Positions 27,892-40,523 of a stretch of DNA of 64,000 nt are shown here, one piece after another. Within the stretch, counting starts at the first letter, position 1. Every line of letters begins with the position of its first letter. This DNA comes from Phoronis australis (Eukaryota; Animalia; Phoronida): positions 646,488 to 710,487 of the forward strand of contig NMRA01000156.1 of the NCBI GenBank assembly GCA_002633005.1, read 5' to 3'. A program made the translations under genes and the position numbers. The notes below the pieces were generated by a model. The model did not search any database and was not told the DNA's origin. It saw nothing but the letters and a program-made list of their open reading frames with translations.

Positions 27892-29662
27892 ACTGAGTAC
27901 TAGGTGTTGTCAAATCCAAAACAGGACCACAACGGTTGTAACGCTGTAACCGAGTCCAACACAGCACCGAGTAATCCCAACACACAGCCTTCCCTGAGGA
28001 GAATGAAGTGCAGTCCCCTTGAGTGGACAGCTGAGCACTGAGAACAGAGGAGTGAGAGCCAGCGAGCTCTCTGTACAACTGTTCTCCCACAACAAACTGA
28101 GCAGAACTCACTAATGAACGGATACCATCTGTTGAACAATTTAGTAGCAGAGAGTCGGAGAGAAAGAGACTGAGGCAAATGGGCTAATTAAAAGCTCTGC
28201 CAGTTAACTGGCGTTGAGAGTAGACTGATGTGTGCAGCCCGCTTGCCTCCCCACTACCTTGTCAGTGTCTTAGGGATTAAAATAGAAACGGGTTTAATTG
28301 AAAGTTATCCCAGAAATTTCGATGCGTTTTCCTGCCAAGTTTATTCCAAAGCTTAAGATGTAAAAAAATGCACAGTTCAATTAAAAGATATATGTTTAAC
28401 ACAAAATCCCAGTTTAAAAAAACAATATATTTGAATGCTCGGAACCACTGAAAAAAACACAATTGAACAAACACGGAACAAACACCTAAATCACACAGAA
28501 ACAAAAATCACACAACGAACACTTTCACACAAACAGCAGGGTGCCAGCCTTAAAGTTCGCCTTTTTGTCATTGGATTTAAATCTCATATCAACTCTGTAG
28601 TGGACACCATTACATAATCAACAAAGTTTTTGACAGAAAAATAGAAATAATTTCAGAATTTACAACGAACAGTCTCAGTCATATCTGTGGCCAGATCGAG
28701 GCTTGTGATAGTCCTATCGTCATGGTTACTTTAATGTCTTCAACAACTCTCCTTACATCACGAAGTTGCATTAAATTGGCTCGTTACAGTCCAAATAGCA
28801 AAATTTCGTTAGTCATTTATCAGCTTGAAGTATAAGCACCCCTTGAAGAAGTAACCAGGAGGCAGTATAATGAAGAGATGGCATTAAGCGCTTGACGATA
28901 ACACTCGTTAGCTGAAAAGCACGGAGAGATAGCGAGGCAATCAATAGGGCCGCTGACTCGGGCGATGGGCAAAAGGTTAGATCATCAATGAATCATGTTG
29001 TCTTTTTCAAATGGATGGAAATTAAATTTACGCAGCTCTGAGGACGAGAATAGTGAGTTAACATGGATATAGAATTACTCCGGTAATACAAATGTATTGA
29101 TTTGCTTAACTGTGCTAATTGCTATGTATTCAACGTGGGTACAACGGGACTTGTCCTGATTAACTAGTGTAGTAAAACATAGGTGGATTGCTTCAGACCC
29201 TTACAAACTGCGTTCAAACAACAAATTCTTAATCGAAACTGGTTACAATTAAAAGTTTAAAAATAGTTAGAAATATAACAAGGCACAAATTTATAATAAA
29301 AGATAGGTTTGATTAATTCAATTTCGAATAATCCAATATTTAAAATAAATAAATGTTATATTTTGAACTCCTTGAACGAAGATGCTGGGTTGTTGGAAAG
29401 ATCGCAATTTGGATACCAAAAAATAAGGAGAACAAAACACATTGGTTCATTAGACACCAAAAATATGGTTATGAGAAAAATGCACCAAGTAAGTCTAATA
29501 ACAGGCAATGTAAAAATAATACGACAGCTCACTCAATTTATGATAAAGAACTGCCTTCAGATTAGGTTAATGTCAAATCAAAACACTAAAAAGAACTCAA
29601 AGATAGAGGACGTTCCAAACCACTGTCAGGCCCATCAATAACAGTCTAACACAATTTTTTAC

Positions 29663-29734
29663 CTGAATGTACTCCATTGTAGATGCTAGCGGTCAGCGCA
29701 TCAACGTACTCCACCAGTTCGAGGGCAGGGCGCT
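29663..29734 (-). CDS. elav: Candidate 72-nt 5' exon: UTR plus initiator MEYIQ (coding 29663-29677)
   Basis: Long U-rich tract and TTTAG acceptor at 29735, in-frame TGA, then ACAATGG and ATG GAG TAC ATT CAG|GTAAAA in phase 0. The end is 17/20 nt identical to the end of the 24546-24593 exon plus donor. Confidence 0.55.
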
Positions 29735-29905
29735 CTAAATTTGATACACAAAAAAGATCAACAAACCAGCAAATAAAAAATCAAGGAGGCCTTTCCGAGG
29801 TCAAAAGTTAAAAAAATATGTGCAAAACAAAATAGGAAGCCTGCCAACAATGGCGGACACAACAAGAGAACTAATGAAGACGTTCGACGTTCGATTCGTA
29901 ATTAC

Positions 29906-30252
29906 CTGACAATGAACACAGGCAAGACTAGCTTAGGACAACCAAAGCATTGACGAAACCAAGAAAGAATGACGCCAAAGCACCGCGAGAGTACCCATCT
30001 GGCAAGAAAGCACCAGTGCAATATTTGGAATCCCGCCGGACATCAATTACATGGCAGGCAAATAGAAAACGATTTTCATTCGCAATACTGTCAGCTATCC
30101 AGGAATCAATAGATAAGAAGTGGGCCCCGAAATGTGGATAGAACTCGGCTAACCCCAAGTGCCGAAGGGATAGTTACCCACTAACACGTGGAATATTTCA
30201 ATGCAACTCTTTTGACCGAGACTCGGCAGCTCAGCTGATGCTCACATCGATA
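29906..30252 (-). promoter_or_regulatory. Candidate promoter/non-coding leader exon ending at 29906
   Basis: Donor CAG|GTAATT at 29905 would give a 171-nt intron to the 29734 exon. YY1-like CCGCCATT at 29849-29856 and DRE-like TATCGATG at 30245-30252. 5' boundary unknown. Confidence 0.35.
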
Positions 30253-31594
30253 ACCCAATATCTCACGGGTTTTTGTAAATTTATGATGAAGACACCTATT
30301 TCCTGTTAGCCAAAACAACAACCACCCACGCCCTTGTTCCCTCTAGCGAAAGAACCAATTTTAGGAGACCACGACTGGAATATGGGCCACAGTTTCCCAA
30401 ATTTTAAAAAATCTTTCAATTTCAAAATAAATTTAAATTCCCAATGCTACTTAATCTCATCTCCAATTGACCTTCATCATAAGCAGAGACAGGAAAACTC
30501 CATGTACCACAGACACTTAATATTGTATTGGACAAGCGGATATAAAATTCCAACTTTATTCTACAGAGAAATCAACGCAGGGCAAAAACGACAGCCGTTC
30601 CTTCCGGAGAGAAAAAATGAACCGTGAGCACAAAAAATTGGGGTGACATGATTCACGCTCTTTTAAGTGGTTGTCTTAAAACATTAATGATAAAATTGTT
30701 AACTTACAAAACTGAAAAATTTATAAATTTCCAAAAACCTAGGTTCATATACCTAAGCTTTAAAATGGGTCATGCAATTATTGGCCTCTAAAATGATGGA
30801 AACAATTTCACAAGGAAACATGCCCTATTACTGCTAAACCAAAAATGTGAAAAGGTGACCTTTTCTAACCATTTTTATTGCAACTCAGGTTTAAGACAAT
30901 ACACTAATAGTACAGATAATTAGCCCAGAAAATGAATCATTATATCTAACCATTGTCATTTTCCCTGGGTTCTAAAACTAAGTTTAGTTTAGTTTATGTG
31001 GAACAAGGTACTATAGAATTTAACTCAACAAGGGTATGCATTTTCTGAAATCACAAAAGCCTATGGAATTGAACTTTTGACATAAATTATATCAATCCAT
31101 TAATTGGGTCATGTGGCCATGTCTTTTCAAGTAAAATTTGGTGAAAAAGAAAGGTATACATTCATGGCAGAACAGTAGCATCAATAACATCAACAACTTT
31201 TGATTGACATAATTGTTCAACTCAAAAATGGTTACATTTTCTATAATACAATTTTGTTTTCACTTTAAGCAAGATTAGATTTTTTTTCACAAAAATCATT
31301 GAAGTCCTACTTTTGATAGCCCCTCACGCAAAAGTGGAAAATTTAAAAAAAATTCCAGTGGCGATTTAGACATTTCTCTAAGGTCCTACATAACCCTAAA
31401 GGATTATCTTCATAAAAAGCATGCCACATACAAGCTGGACCTCAGGAGCTAACTGGACAATTTTGATAATCCACTAGGCATTCGGTGACAATCGGTGCTA
31501 ATGTAATGTGTCAAACTGCTTCAATGAGCCATAAATTGACTGAAAACAATTTCTCTACCAGTTTGTCTGACCATACACCGAAAAAAATGTCAAA

Positions 31595-31672
31595 AGTCCT
31601 GTTTAGACATCAACTTTTGGCCTGGCGCAACTGACACGGAGCAAACTGACCCATGTCAAGCGGCCGTTTACA
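31595..31672 (-). repeat. Dispersed repeat, inverted copy of 22792-22870
   Basis: AGTCCTGTTTAGACATCAACTTTTGG...GGCGCAACTGACACGGAGCAAACTGA... matches the reverse complement of 22792-22870. Confidence 0.85.
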
Positions 31673-34600
31673 AACTTCAACACTAGCACGCCTAATTCTA
31701 GTAAACAACTGCCTTTGAATGAACCACACAAAACTATAAGTAGATGCAACATATGACTAGGAAAACATCAATCTCAGAAATATTCTGCATTTCTGCTAGT
31801 AACTGCTAAGGCAACTGTTACCCAACTCATCTTGAGCATGCATCCTCCAAATATCCAATAGTTCACCTTTTAGTCAGCTTCGTCTAATCTCTGTATTGAA
31901 TAGTCCAGGGACTGGTCAGCAATTTCTCCAACCATCATCAACTTAGTCACAAGTACGTAGACACTGTATTTACCTAGGCTCAGAGCTGGTGCAGTTTCTT
32001 CAAAAACACAAACAATTTGCACCCTTTATTGGCTATTTTTACTGGATTTCAACATTTTTTCACATTTTGTCATAGCTTGTTAAAAGTATATTTAAGTGTT
32101 TGTCATTACATATAATTCTACAGCTATCGTAGGCAAAAAATATTCCTGAAATTTACCATTTGTCTGTTTTTAAAAGGCCGACAAACTCGCTACAGCCCAT
32201 CGGAATTCCCACATCCTGGATTTATATCTCTTCTCTTTCGCGGAGGTAACATATCGCACTGTACAATTGACCTAGTCTTCAAAGGTAGAGTCGCAAACAC
32301 CTCTGAGCCAAATTGCCAGGATAAGGGATGAACGACATCTATTACAAGCAACTCAGCATTTCAAATTTTTCGATGTTTATATTTTAACTCGCTATACCAC
32401 AGCAAAACTTTAGTGGCGTCAGGGCAAGTCACTTGGTGAAGTTCCAGATTTTGTGAACAGTTCATTCATTGGAAAAACTGGTTCTCACAATGCGGGGGGA
32501 CCTGTGAATACTACCGGCATTAGAATAACAAATTACAAATTATTTTCATTGTAAAATAGTGATTAGCACGACAGAAGTTTGCAACTGTGGGGCAGCGGCC
32601 CTACTGATGTACAGCATTGTGGGTAAATACCACCGAATCACAGATGGCACTGTGGTATACCGAGCATTGCGAGTAGCCATGCTAAAAGTTGAATAATCAG
32701 AAGATCAATTTTGAACAAAAGTGTTTGCCAAAACTGAACTTTTTTCAATTTCCAAAGGTATCTGTCGTTGTTGTGAATGTTGGCAGTTTCTCAAACTTTT
32801 GTATGACGGTAGCAGTGGATAAAAACTTAATATTAAAAAACAAAAATCAATAAATTTCATTGTGGAGTCTCTGTCTTTGAAAACTGCGGTCAGTGAAAGG
32901 GCACAACAGATGTGCGAGAGGTCTAGAAGCCAAGCCACTAACAATGTTACAGGCTTTGTCTGTAATGAGTGGACCAATCTACAGCATAAAGCATGGACTG
33001 TTTTAGCTCTGAAGTACTACTCACAATTCAATAAGGCACAAGTAGACTTCTTAGCGCCCTCACATCTGCTTGCATTTCATTTCGCAGTTGTCGATGAGGG
33101 TAATTTTGGTTTCCGAAAGTGTAGCTGGTTCATTTTTTTTTCAAGTTAGATATGGTATGTAAGTTATCACAAAATGTTTTTCTATTCCTGCCAGAACAGA
33201 GACGAGAATTCCATATAACAGACCAAAAAGTCACTTTTTCAAGCACCGACCACAAAGGCTGGTGAAAAATGAGGAAAAACAAAAATCCAACTCATTTGAG
33301 AAAAGTGTACATCATTAACATACTTTGAACAAGAGCACAAGAAACAGTAACTTCCATGGATATGCAACTTAAAGGAAGTTTAACGCTTCATCCGTGCATT
33401 TGTTACCGAGGCAGAAACAAAAACCTTAACGAAATGTCTTCAAGACACTCCAGCCTTACAGTTATCTCCCTTGAGGGCACAGTGTTTTCAACTCAAGCAA
33501 CCAATCCCACCAGGGTGCTAAATGCCTGCTGCATACACTAATCTCATTAGAGTCTCAGAAGACACCAGATGGCAAAGACATGATGAAATACATAGCTGAA
33601 AATAAAACATGCCTCAATTACTGAAGCTGCCTGGACTACAGTAGCCTGTATACCCTGAAGCACAACAGAGAACTGTTCATCCAGCACAAAGAGAAATGTG
33701 ACAAGCATTAGAAGCTAATCCCAGAGAAAGTTTTGGAGATGGACAGATGTCCAAGTCCCTTATGTACACCTCTTCAAAACTATGTCCCAACAAATGGTTT
33801 AATCCGCACTAACAACATGCTGGTTCGGGGTATGTGGATGCAGTGATCAATGTTTCACAAGGTGAACTTTATTGATTACAATCTTGCTTTACGTATTCAG
33901 GTTCAGAGTTGTGGAGTAATCACTTAATTTTACCAGACTGTATAGCTTATAATTTTATTTCATTGGTCTCTTCCTGTAGGTATTTTATCTGAAATGCTTC
34001 CTGAACAATTAAGACACATGGTGTTTCATAATTTTAATTACTTTGCCTTTGTTACAAGCCACATAGAGATTCTAGTACTTAACAATGAAACACCGAGAGC
34101 TGTTGTAGATTTCAGGGTCTGAGTTTTTAATCCTCAATAAAGTACCCAAGTCTTGCTTTCCTAGTTACGCAGCTGTTTGAAAACAAAATCGCAGAGCTTG
34201 GCGGAAGTTGAAATCGTAAACAGGGAAACCAGGGGTGACAGGGAACATTGTCGGAAAATACACAAACTTAATAAACTAGACAGTACAAGCAATTAGGACA
34301 ACCAATTCAATGACTACCCTCTGACAGCAAATTGATGGAACAGCTCGACATTATTGATTGCTGCGCCGGCTTGCATGAACACAAAATATGTACGTTATTA
34401 GTTTTTAAGTCTTTCTTTTTACATTGCCTCGTGCACAGCCTGTGCTTCTGTTGTTCTGTCAGTTGAACTGAAACGAGATGACAGGATTTTCAAGTGTACG
34501 CAGTTTTCCACCAGAATGACCATTAAGTACTGTCGGAAAACGAATTTGGTTCATGATCTGTTTTCACCATGTCACTATGACATAGATGCAATTGCGTTAC

Positions 34601-37600
34601 CGTCAACTGTTTGGATGAGCATATTTCACATTTGTCGAAATGCATTACTCTTCTGGTAAGACTAAGGAGGCTATGGCACAAGACAAAAAAAAATTCCTTT
34701 GAAGGTATATTCTCTGCTGTTTGCCAAAAACAGAATCTACAGATAGGATAATGAACATGACAACAATCCTATATCTTAACCAGACCTATTTTCAAGAAGC
34801 CCCAAGCTAATCAACCAGGTTTTCAGGGAGTTTATCAAAACACTTTTATCAACAACTTCAACAGCTTTGTCTGCACAGTGGACCAACATGTTTTCTTAAG
34901 AGATATATATGATGTTGGACAGCCATATTGCGAGCAACATTTTATCAATTTAGTCTATTGAGCACTGGTTTTTTAAAAAAAAAATCCGTTTGCGCAACAC
35001 TCGAATTTGCAACATTTGCAAATGCAAATGAAGTGTTCGTTTGAAAATATGAGTTACAGGGGGCATACAGTGTATGTTAGATCGCAGAAATGTGTCCGTG
35101 TTTCAGTAGAAGCTTTGGGGGAAGGGGGGGGGGTGCGACATTCTTGTGTTCTTGGGGACATGTAGTGTAATGAGGGACATTTCGCTGTCTCAGGTGAGTA
35201 CTTCATCTCTCAACCACTATTTTGTGGCATGACATTGTTGTGCTTTCATTCAGGTATACACCTTATTCACACGCTCTCCATGTAACAAAGAAAATACAAT
35301 GCATTCTGCGCTTAATCACAGTGCAAAGTGTGATTTTTTTGCAAACCTCGTTAATATTTATGTCTCAAAAGCATTGTTTTTAAACCTAAAAAGAGGCTCA
35401 TTGTTAAAATGTCTACTTCGTGAAAAAGGTCTATTGTGTATATGGAATGTAAGAAATGCAAATTGCATTTGTTGAAGCTATAATTTGACTCAGAACCCAC
35501 AGAAAAAAGCGTCGTGGTCCTAAATAACTGGCTTATGATTTTAATACTAGAAAGTATTGGCCATGCTGACAGACACTGACAAAGGCAGGTTTATTCCTCA
35601 GTTGGTATCGACGCCAGAATCAGTTTCTCACCAACCAAGGCACTGCACTGGTCTGGATTTTAATTTCGTGGACACACCTCCCAGGCCATCTTAGAACACC
35701 TTCCCCCTCACTGTAACAACTGCAAACTTGATTCAAGTTAAGGATCTTTCACATGTACGCCCACTAGCACCCGGCTTTGGTAGCAGATTCTAGCATTTAT
35801 TGATGTTAATGACCCACACTTGCCTCAAATCCTGAGGGCGTATGCAGTTATTAGCCACTTCTAATTGGTCACTCGGGATATTTCAGACAGGGGCAAACTA
35901 GTGTGCAGCGTTTCACTAAGACATAGCTAACCCAGGGTCTAAAAAGAGGCTAACCCCGAAACACAAGACCAGTCTCCTCTTAGTATCAATGTAAAAATGT
36001 TGCACGTTTATGACAGTTCAGTAAAACAGGCCCCAGCCTTTTCATATTTGTATACGGTACTTATTCAAGGATCGAGTAAAACAAGATATTGATCAGTGCC
36101 TGTTTCAAAAGCAGTGAACGTCTTTTATCATCTTTAGTACTCGTGTCTCTCAAGAGCCTCTTTCCATTCTTTGGAAACCTGATGTCCCTATTACTTTGGA
36201 TCTTAAAGAACTTTCCCTTTCACCCTGTCTAAGTGCACATTTTAAAAACATCTATGCCCTCCATCCATTACTCGACAGCCGCGTACTCAGTAGTTCTTTG
36301 GATTTAACATTAGATGGCATAGTTGATCAGCACTCTCTCGACTGCAAACGTGTGATGAACGTCACCACTTCTGGTGGTTAAGTCTTCTCGCAGTGGATAT
36401 AGATAGCCCATCTCACTGCATGCGAGTTTCACAACTCTGCAGTTTAATCCACATATTTTGAGTGTTGCAACTAGTCGTATGGGATTTAAGCTTTCCTACC
36501 GACGGAAACTCATTAAACCAGGGAAAAATGCGACACTAGTGGGAAAGAAAATGTAAGTTGTAATAAAGCAATTCACCATAGGTGTGATCTGGACCTCATG
36601 GATTCAACAAATTTTTTCAAAAGCCAAATGCTTCGTTCAAAAAATAAAAATCAAGCAGTTTTGTCACAGTCTTATAGCATGAACTGCGCAGATAATGAAC
36701 CAAGACTGACCGTGATGTTATTTTAGACATTTGACAAATTAAAATGAATTTCCAGTTTAAAGCTGGTGTCAAAAATGAAATTCTGTACATAGATGTATTT
36801 GTTCTCCGAATTCTAAGTCATGGTATTCATATATTTCAACTTACTTTGAAACTGCTCGCAATTAAAAGGACCTAGAATACCACTAATGGCCCTCCCTAAT
36901 GGTAGTTTGGCTGAGACTAATCTACCAATAAAAGCAAACTTCATGATCCTAGTTTGACGCAATAAGTCACTGGCTGTTTGTTTGCCTCAAACCTGGAAAT
37001 CATTTATGCATTTATAATCTGAATACAGTAAAAATTTACCAATTTAAGACACAACATGGCAAACTGGTGAAATTTTATTTTTTTCATTACTACTGGAATG
37101 ATGCTTAGGCGGTATTCAAGTTCTGTAATATAGTTACCAACATACAATATCTTGAAAAAAACTAAGCATTCACAAAATTGTTAAAGTCCTTGAAATGTGA
37201 AGCAAGTGATATTCTGGCAATTAATTTTGTCCAAAGTTGGAGCGATTCTAACGTAAGGAACAATTTGAGACCATTGTATGACAGTAAATAAAAAGTTGTG
37301 GGTTTGTTGCCCCTACAAACAACTGAGTAGAATAGCGGTCACTGAATATTTAGTTTTAATTACCATGGCACAAATAACATGCCAATTAATTATAGATCTA
37401 CAGAGCAGTTATCACACCATGCAACCTTTGTATTTAGAGCTATGCAACATTCATTATACATTTCTGAGTGAATGTGGTTTTAATAATACGACATATTTGA
37501 CATGAAAATTGGTTTATTTTTAGACAAACGAAATAAAACATTTATGTCTGTTTTCTGCAGGATTTCTCTCATAAAAGCAAACATGTGGAGATCAAGAAAA

Positions 37601-38215
37601 AACCGCGTCTATCAATAAACCGACGTCACTGTTTTAAATTTCCTTGACAACAATCGTTTGGATTTTCTCATTGCTCGCGCTCCCTCGACAATACAACTAA
37701 TCTACACGCATGAATATTTCAACAGATCACCAATATAGACTGCACCACCGTTGCGAATTAGAAGCACAGAAGACAGTAACAATCCAATCAGCAATTCTTA
37801 TTGCAGAGGAAGCCTTCCTAGCTTAAAACTTTACAAGTTGCGTAGACTGATGGACAAGCATTAATGATATCATGCAGTGGCTGAGAGAACTGTAATGACA
37901 GGAGCCTATAAGAAACATTCAAATGCTTAAAAAAGGTTACTTCTGCTTGACCCAATTTCAAATTGTGGGGTCAAGATCAGCAGAGTGAACAAAGACAGAA
38001 CGGAATTTCTTTCACTCAACGACATTTACCGGCATTGAACTTTTTTGTGAGAATCATTAGAACATCCTACCATGAAAGCACATAATTCAAAAACAATGTG
38101 AAATGCGGCGTGGCTTTGTATTTGAATAAAATGCCACGGCCTTGAAATACATTTGGGCTAAACATTTCCCGGCTGCCCATTCTTTAGTCGTTTCATAGTT
38201 ACGTTAAAATCATAC

Positions 38216-38363
38216 AAATTTAGGACGCAATATGGAGGACAAGTGAAACTTCATTTTCTCGCTTAAGATTTGCAGAGCCAGACTAGTGTTGTCTGTCTTC
38301 AAGTTCTATATCATACCTACCATGGGACAACATTTTGAAAAACTGTGGCCATTCAAAGCAATA
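38216..38363 (+). repeat. Diverged dispersed repeat, second copy at 54808-54960
   Basis: Shared collinear blocks AAATTTAGGAC, GGACAAGTG, TCTATA, ATTTTGAAAAA and CATTCAAAGCAATA. Confidence 0.7.
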
Positions 38364-40371
38364 CTAGAAGTGAAAAAAAACAATCTGACATTGGTGGTGT
38401 TTTGGCTACTTAGCACATATCACACCCACAATCACAAAGTTCCGAGAATGTTTAAATTCAAACTTTGACTAGTGACTAATTTACTCAATCAAAGTACAAG
38501 CAACACAAAAAACACTTCCACTAGGAACAGTCGCCCACGACACACGCTTCTCAAAACCCAAAGAGGCCAAGGTGGCAAATCAAATTGGCCATTAAATGAC
38601 TTTGGTAAATCCCACTCTCCATACTAAAGGCGTATAGGTCACATGTGGTCAAGCCACTGGTTATATTAAGGACAGATCCTGTTTCAAAGACTCCAGGATC
38701 ACGTGATCATAAGTAGCATGTCCAAGGAAGCAGTGTGATATTACTGTGAAGCTGTCACGCTTCAAACGACAAAGCTAATACCATATACAAATAAAAGATC
38801 CGGAGGATTTCAACTGAGTTTTCTTGATAATTTATTTCTAAGATGCCTTTTGATTAATTTACGCAATTTCTGAGTACATTTACTCCTGAGGACGGCTTTA
38901 CACACAAAGGGCACAAGAACTAATTTACGCTAGAAGAAAGAACTACCATCAGAGTTGATTTGTTGATGTATATTTATTGTAACATATCTCAAATTTTCAA
39001 AAATATTGATTTTCAATAGAGTTGCCAGTCAACACAACAGCATTTAGGTGGTCTTTGTGAACTAGACGACCTTACACAACAATGTCAGCGACTACGAAAA
39101 CAAACAAAGCCAAACACAAAAGAATTTCCACATTCTACTCTAGCCAAGCAAACACTATAACAATTCTCAAAACAAACACTGGGCTTTCCAACACCAGGAA
39201 AAAGAAAACAGGAGCAGGAAAAACATAAACAATTATTGATCAAGACAAATTCACTTCAACTGAGCACCTGGCCAACAATGATGAACTATTGTGGGTTGCC
39301 AGTCCAGCACTCAAGTGAGCCAACACAAAGAGCTATCCTTTTACTTGGCCAAACATCTCAATAAATAAAGGACTCAATGGAAGGGGCATGAGCACCCCAA
39401 ATTAAGGCATGGTGTCTGGCACATGGCTCTTTGTTTGCAACCTGCACCTCAGTAGAGTCCTGGCTAATCAAGACAGGTTAACAGAAGCCTACAGAGATTG
39501 CCAGTAATCATCTCAATTGGTGACCACTTAGGCCACACTTCAAACAGTGTCAGTTTCAAGAAGCAAGGGACTTCACTGCCAATTTACAGAAAGTCAATAG
39601 GCCCAATCCAGCTTTCTAGTCAGTATTGACTGAATTTCTGTTAAGAACTCGTCGCCGTAGCAATATTCCTGCCTCAACACAATGGACGTTGCCTCGCGTA
39701 TTGTTTGATCAGAGCAAATACAGTGAAGGCAAACATGAACGCACGCGAACTGATCCAAGTCACATCCAATAATTGTTTCAAGCATTACATATTAACCTCA
39801 GTAGTTTATATCCACCTGACAGATGCTCTGGACAACAGTCAAATGATGTTATGCTTGAATTACCGGCAGATGGTCTCGCCTTTCAAAAAATGCAACTGGA
39901 TTTTCACCTACACAGTGGAATCACCAGCCAGGGTAGCACTTCCGAAACGTTATCAACCGTGTATAAAAGAGACCAACTAGCTCACTTGATTCCAAAGAAA
40001 ATCATATTGAAAAGCTAGCAATAACAAATGGAAATGCGTCGGAAACAATACCGGACTACAGAAAGACAGTTTCAACGTAACAGGATAACTTGAATACATT
40101 GAATAAAAGACACCAGTGGACTGACACAGGAAATCAAAACAAGAACTGTATATGAAATTGTAATTCAATTTCTCACAGGCAGACTGAAGTCGACAATTGA
40201 AAAGTCACCATTCCCAGGATAAAATATCTACATGGGGAAACGACAATGCTCTAAATCTAAATACAAAAAAAAAGAAAAATGACTGCCCTTAGTAGCAGCA
40301 AGAATAAATAGTTTGTAAAACAACTAAGTGGAAATTTTGGAACAAATAAATAAAACAAAAAACTACCATAC

Positions 40372-40523
40372 CTGCATTTGAAGATTAACTGAACAAACTC
40401 AAAAGATTAAGCGTTGAATGTGCAACGAAGGACACAGATAGACACAGAGAGAGAGCACTTGATCTATCACAAAGAGCCAGCTATGAGTGAATAAACCTAT
40501 GAGCAGATGACAGTGGCTTTATA
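40372..40523 (-). promoter_or_regulatory. Candidate TATA promoter and first exon encoding Met-Gln (coding 40372-40377)
   Basis: Minus-strand TATAAAG at 40517-40523, with the A of an Inr-like TTATTC at 40492 (31 nt downstream). CCAAT at 40616-40620. Exon ends ATG CAG|GTATGG in phase 0, followed by a U-rich intron start. Confidence 0.5.

Noticed and set aside
38286-38468. Similar peptides in ORFs 38286-38468 and 54772-54972 (FEKLWxFKAI)
   Set aside because: Explained by the shared non-coding dispersed repeat; no extended coding similarity.
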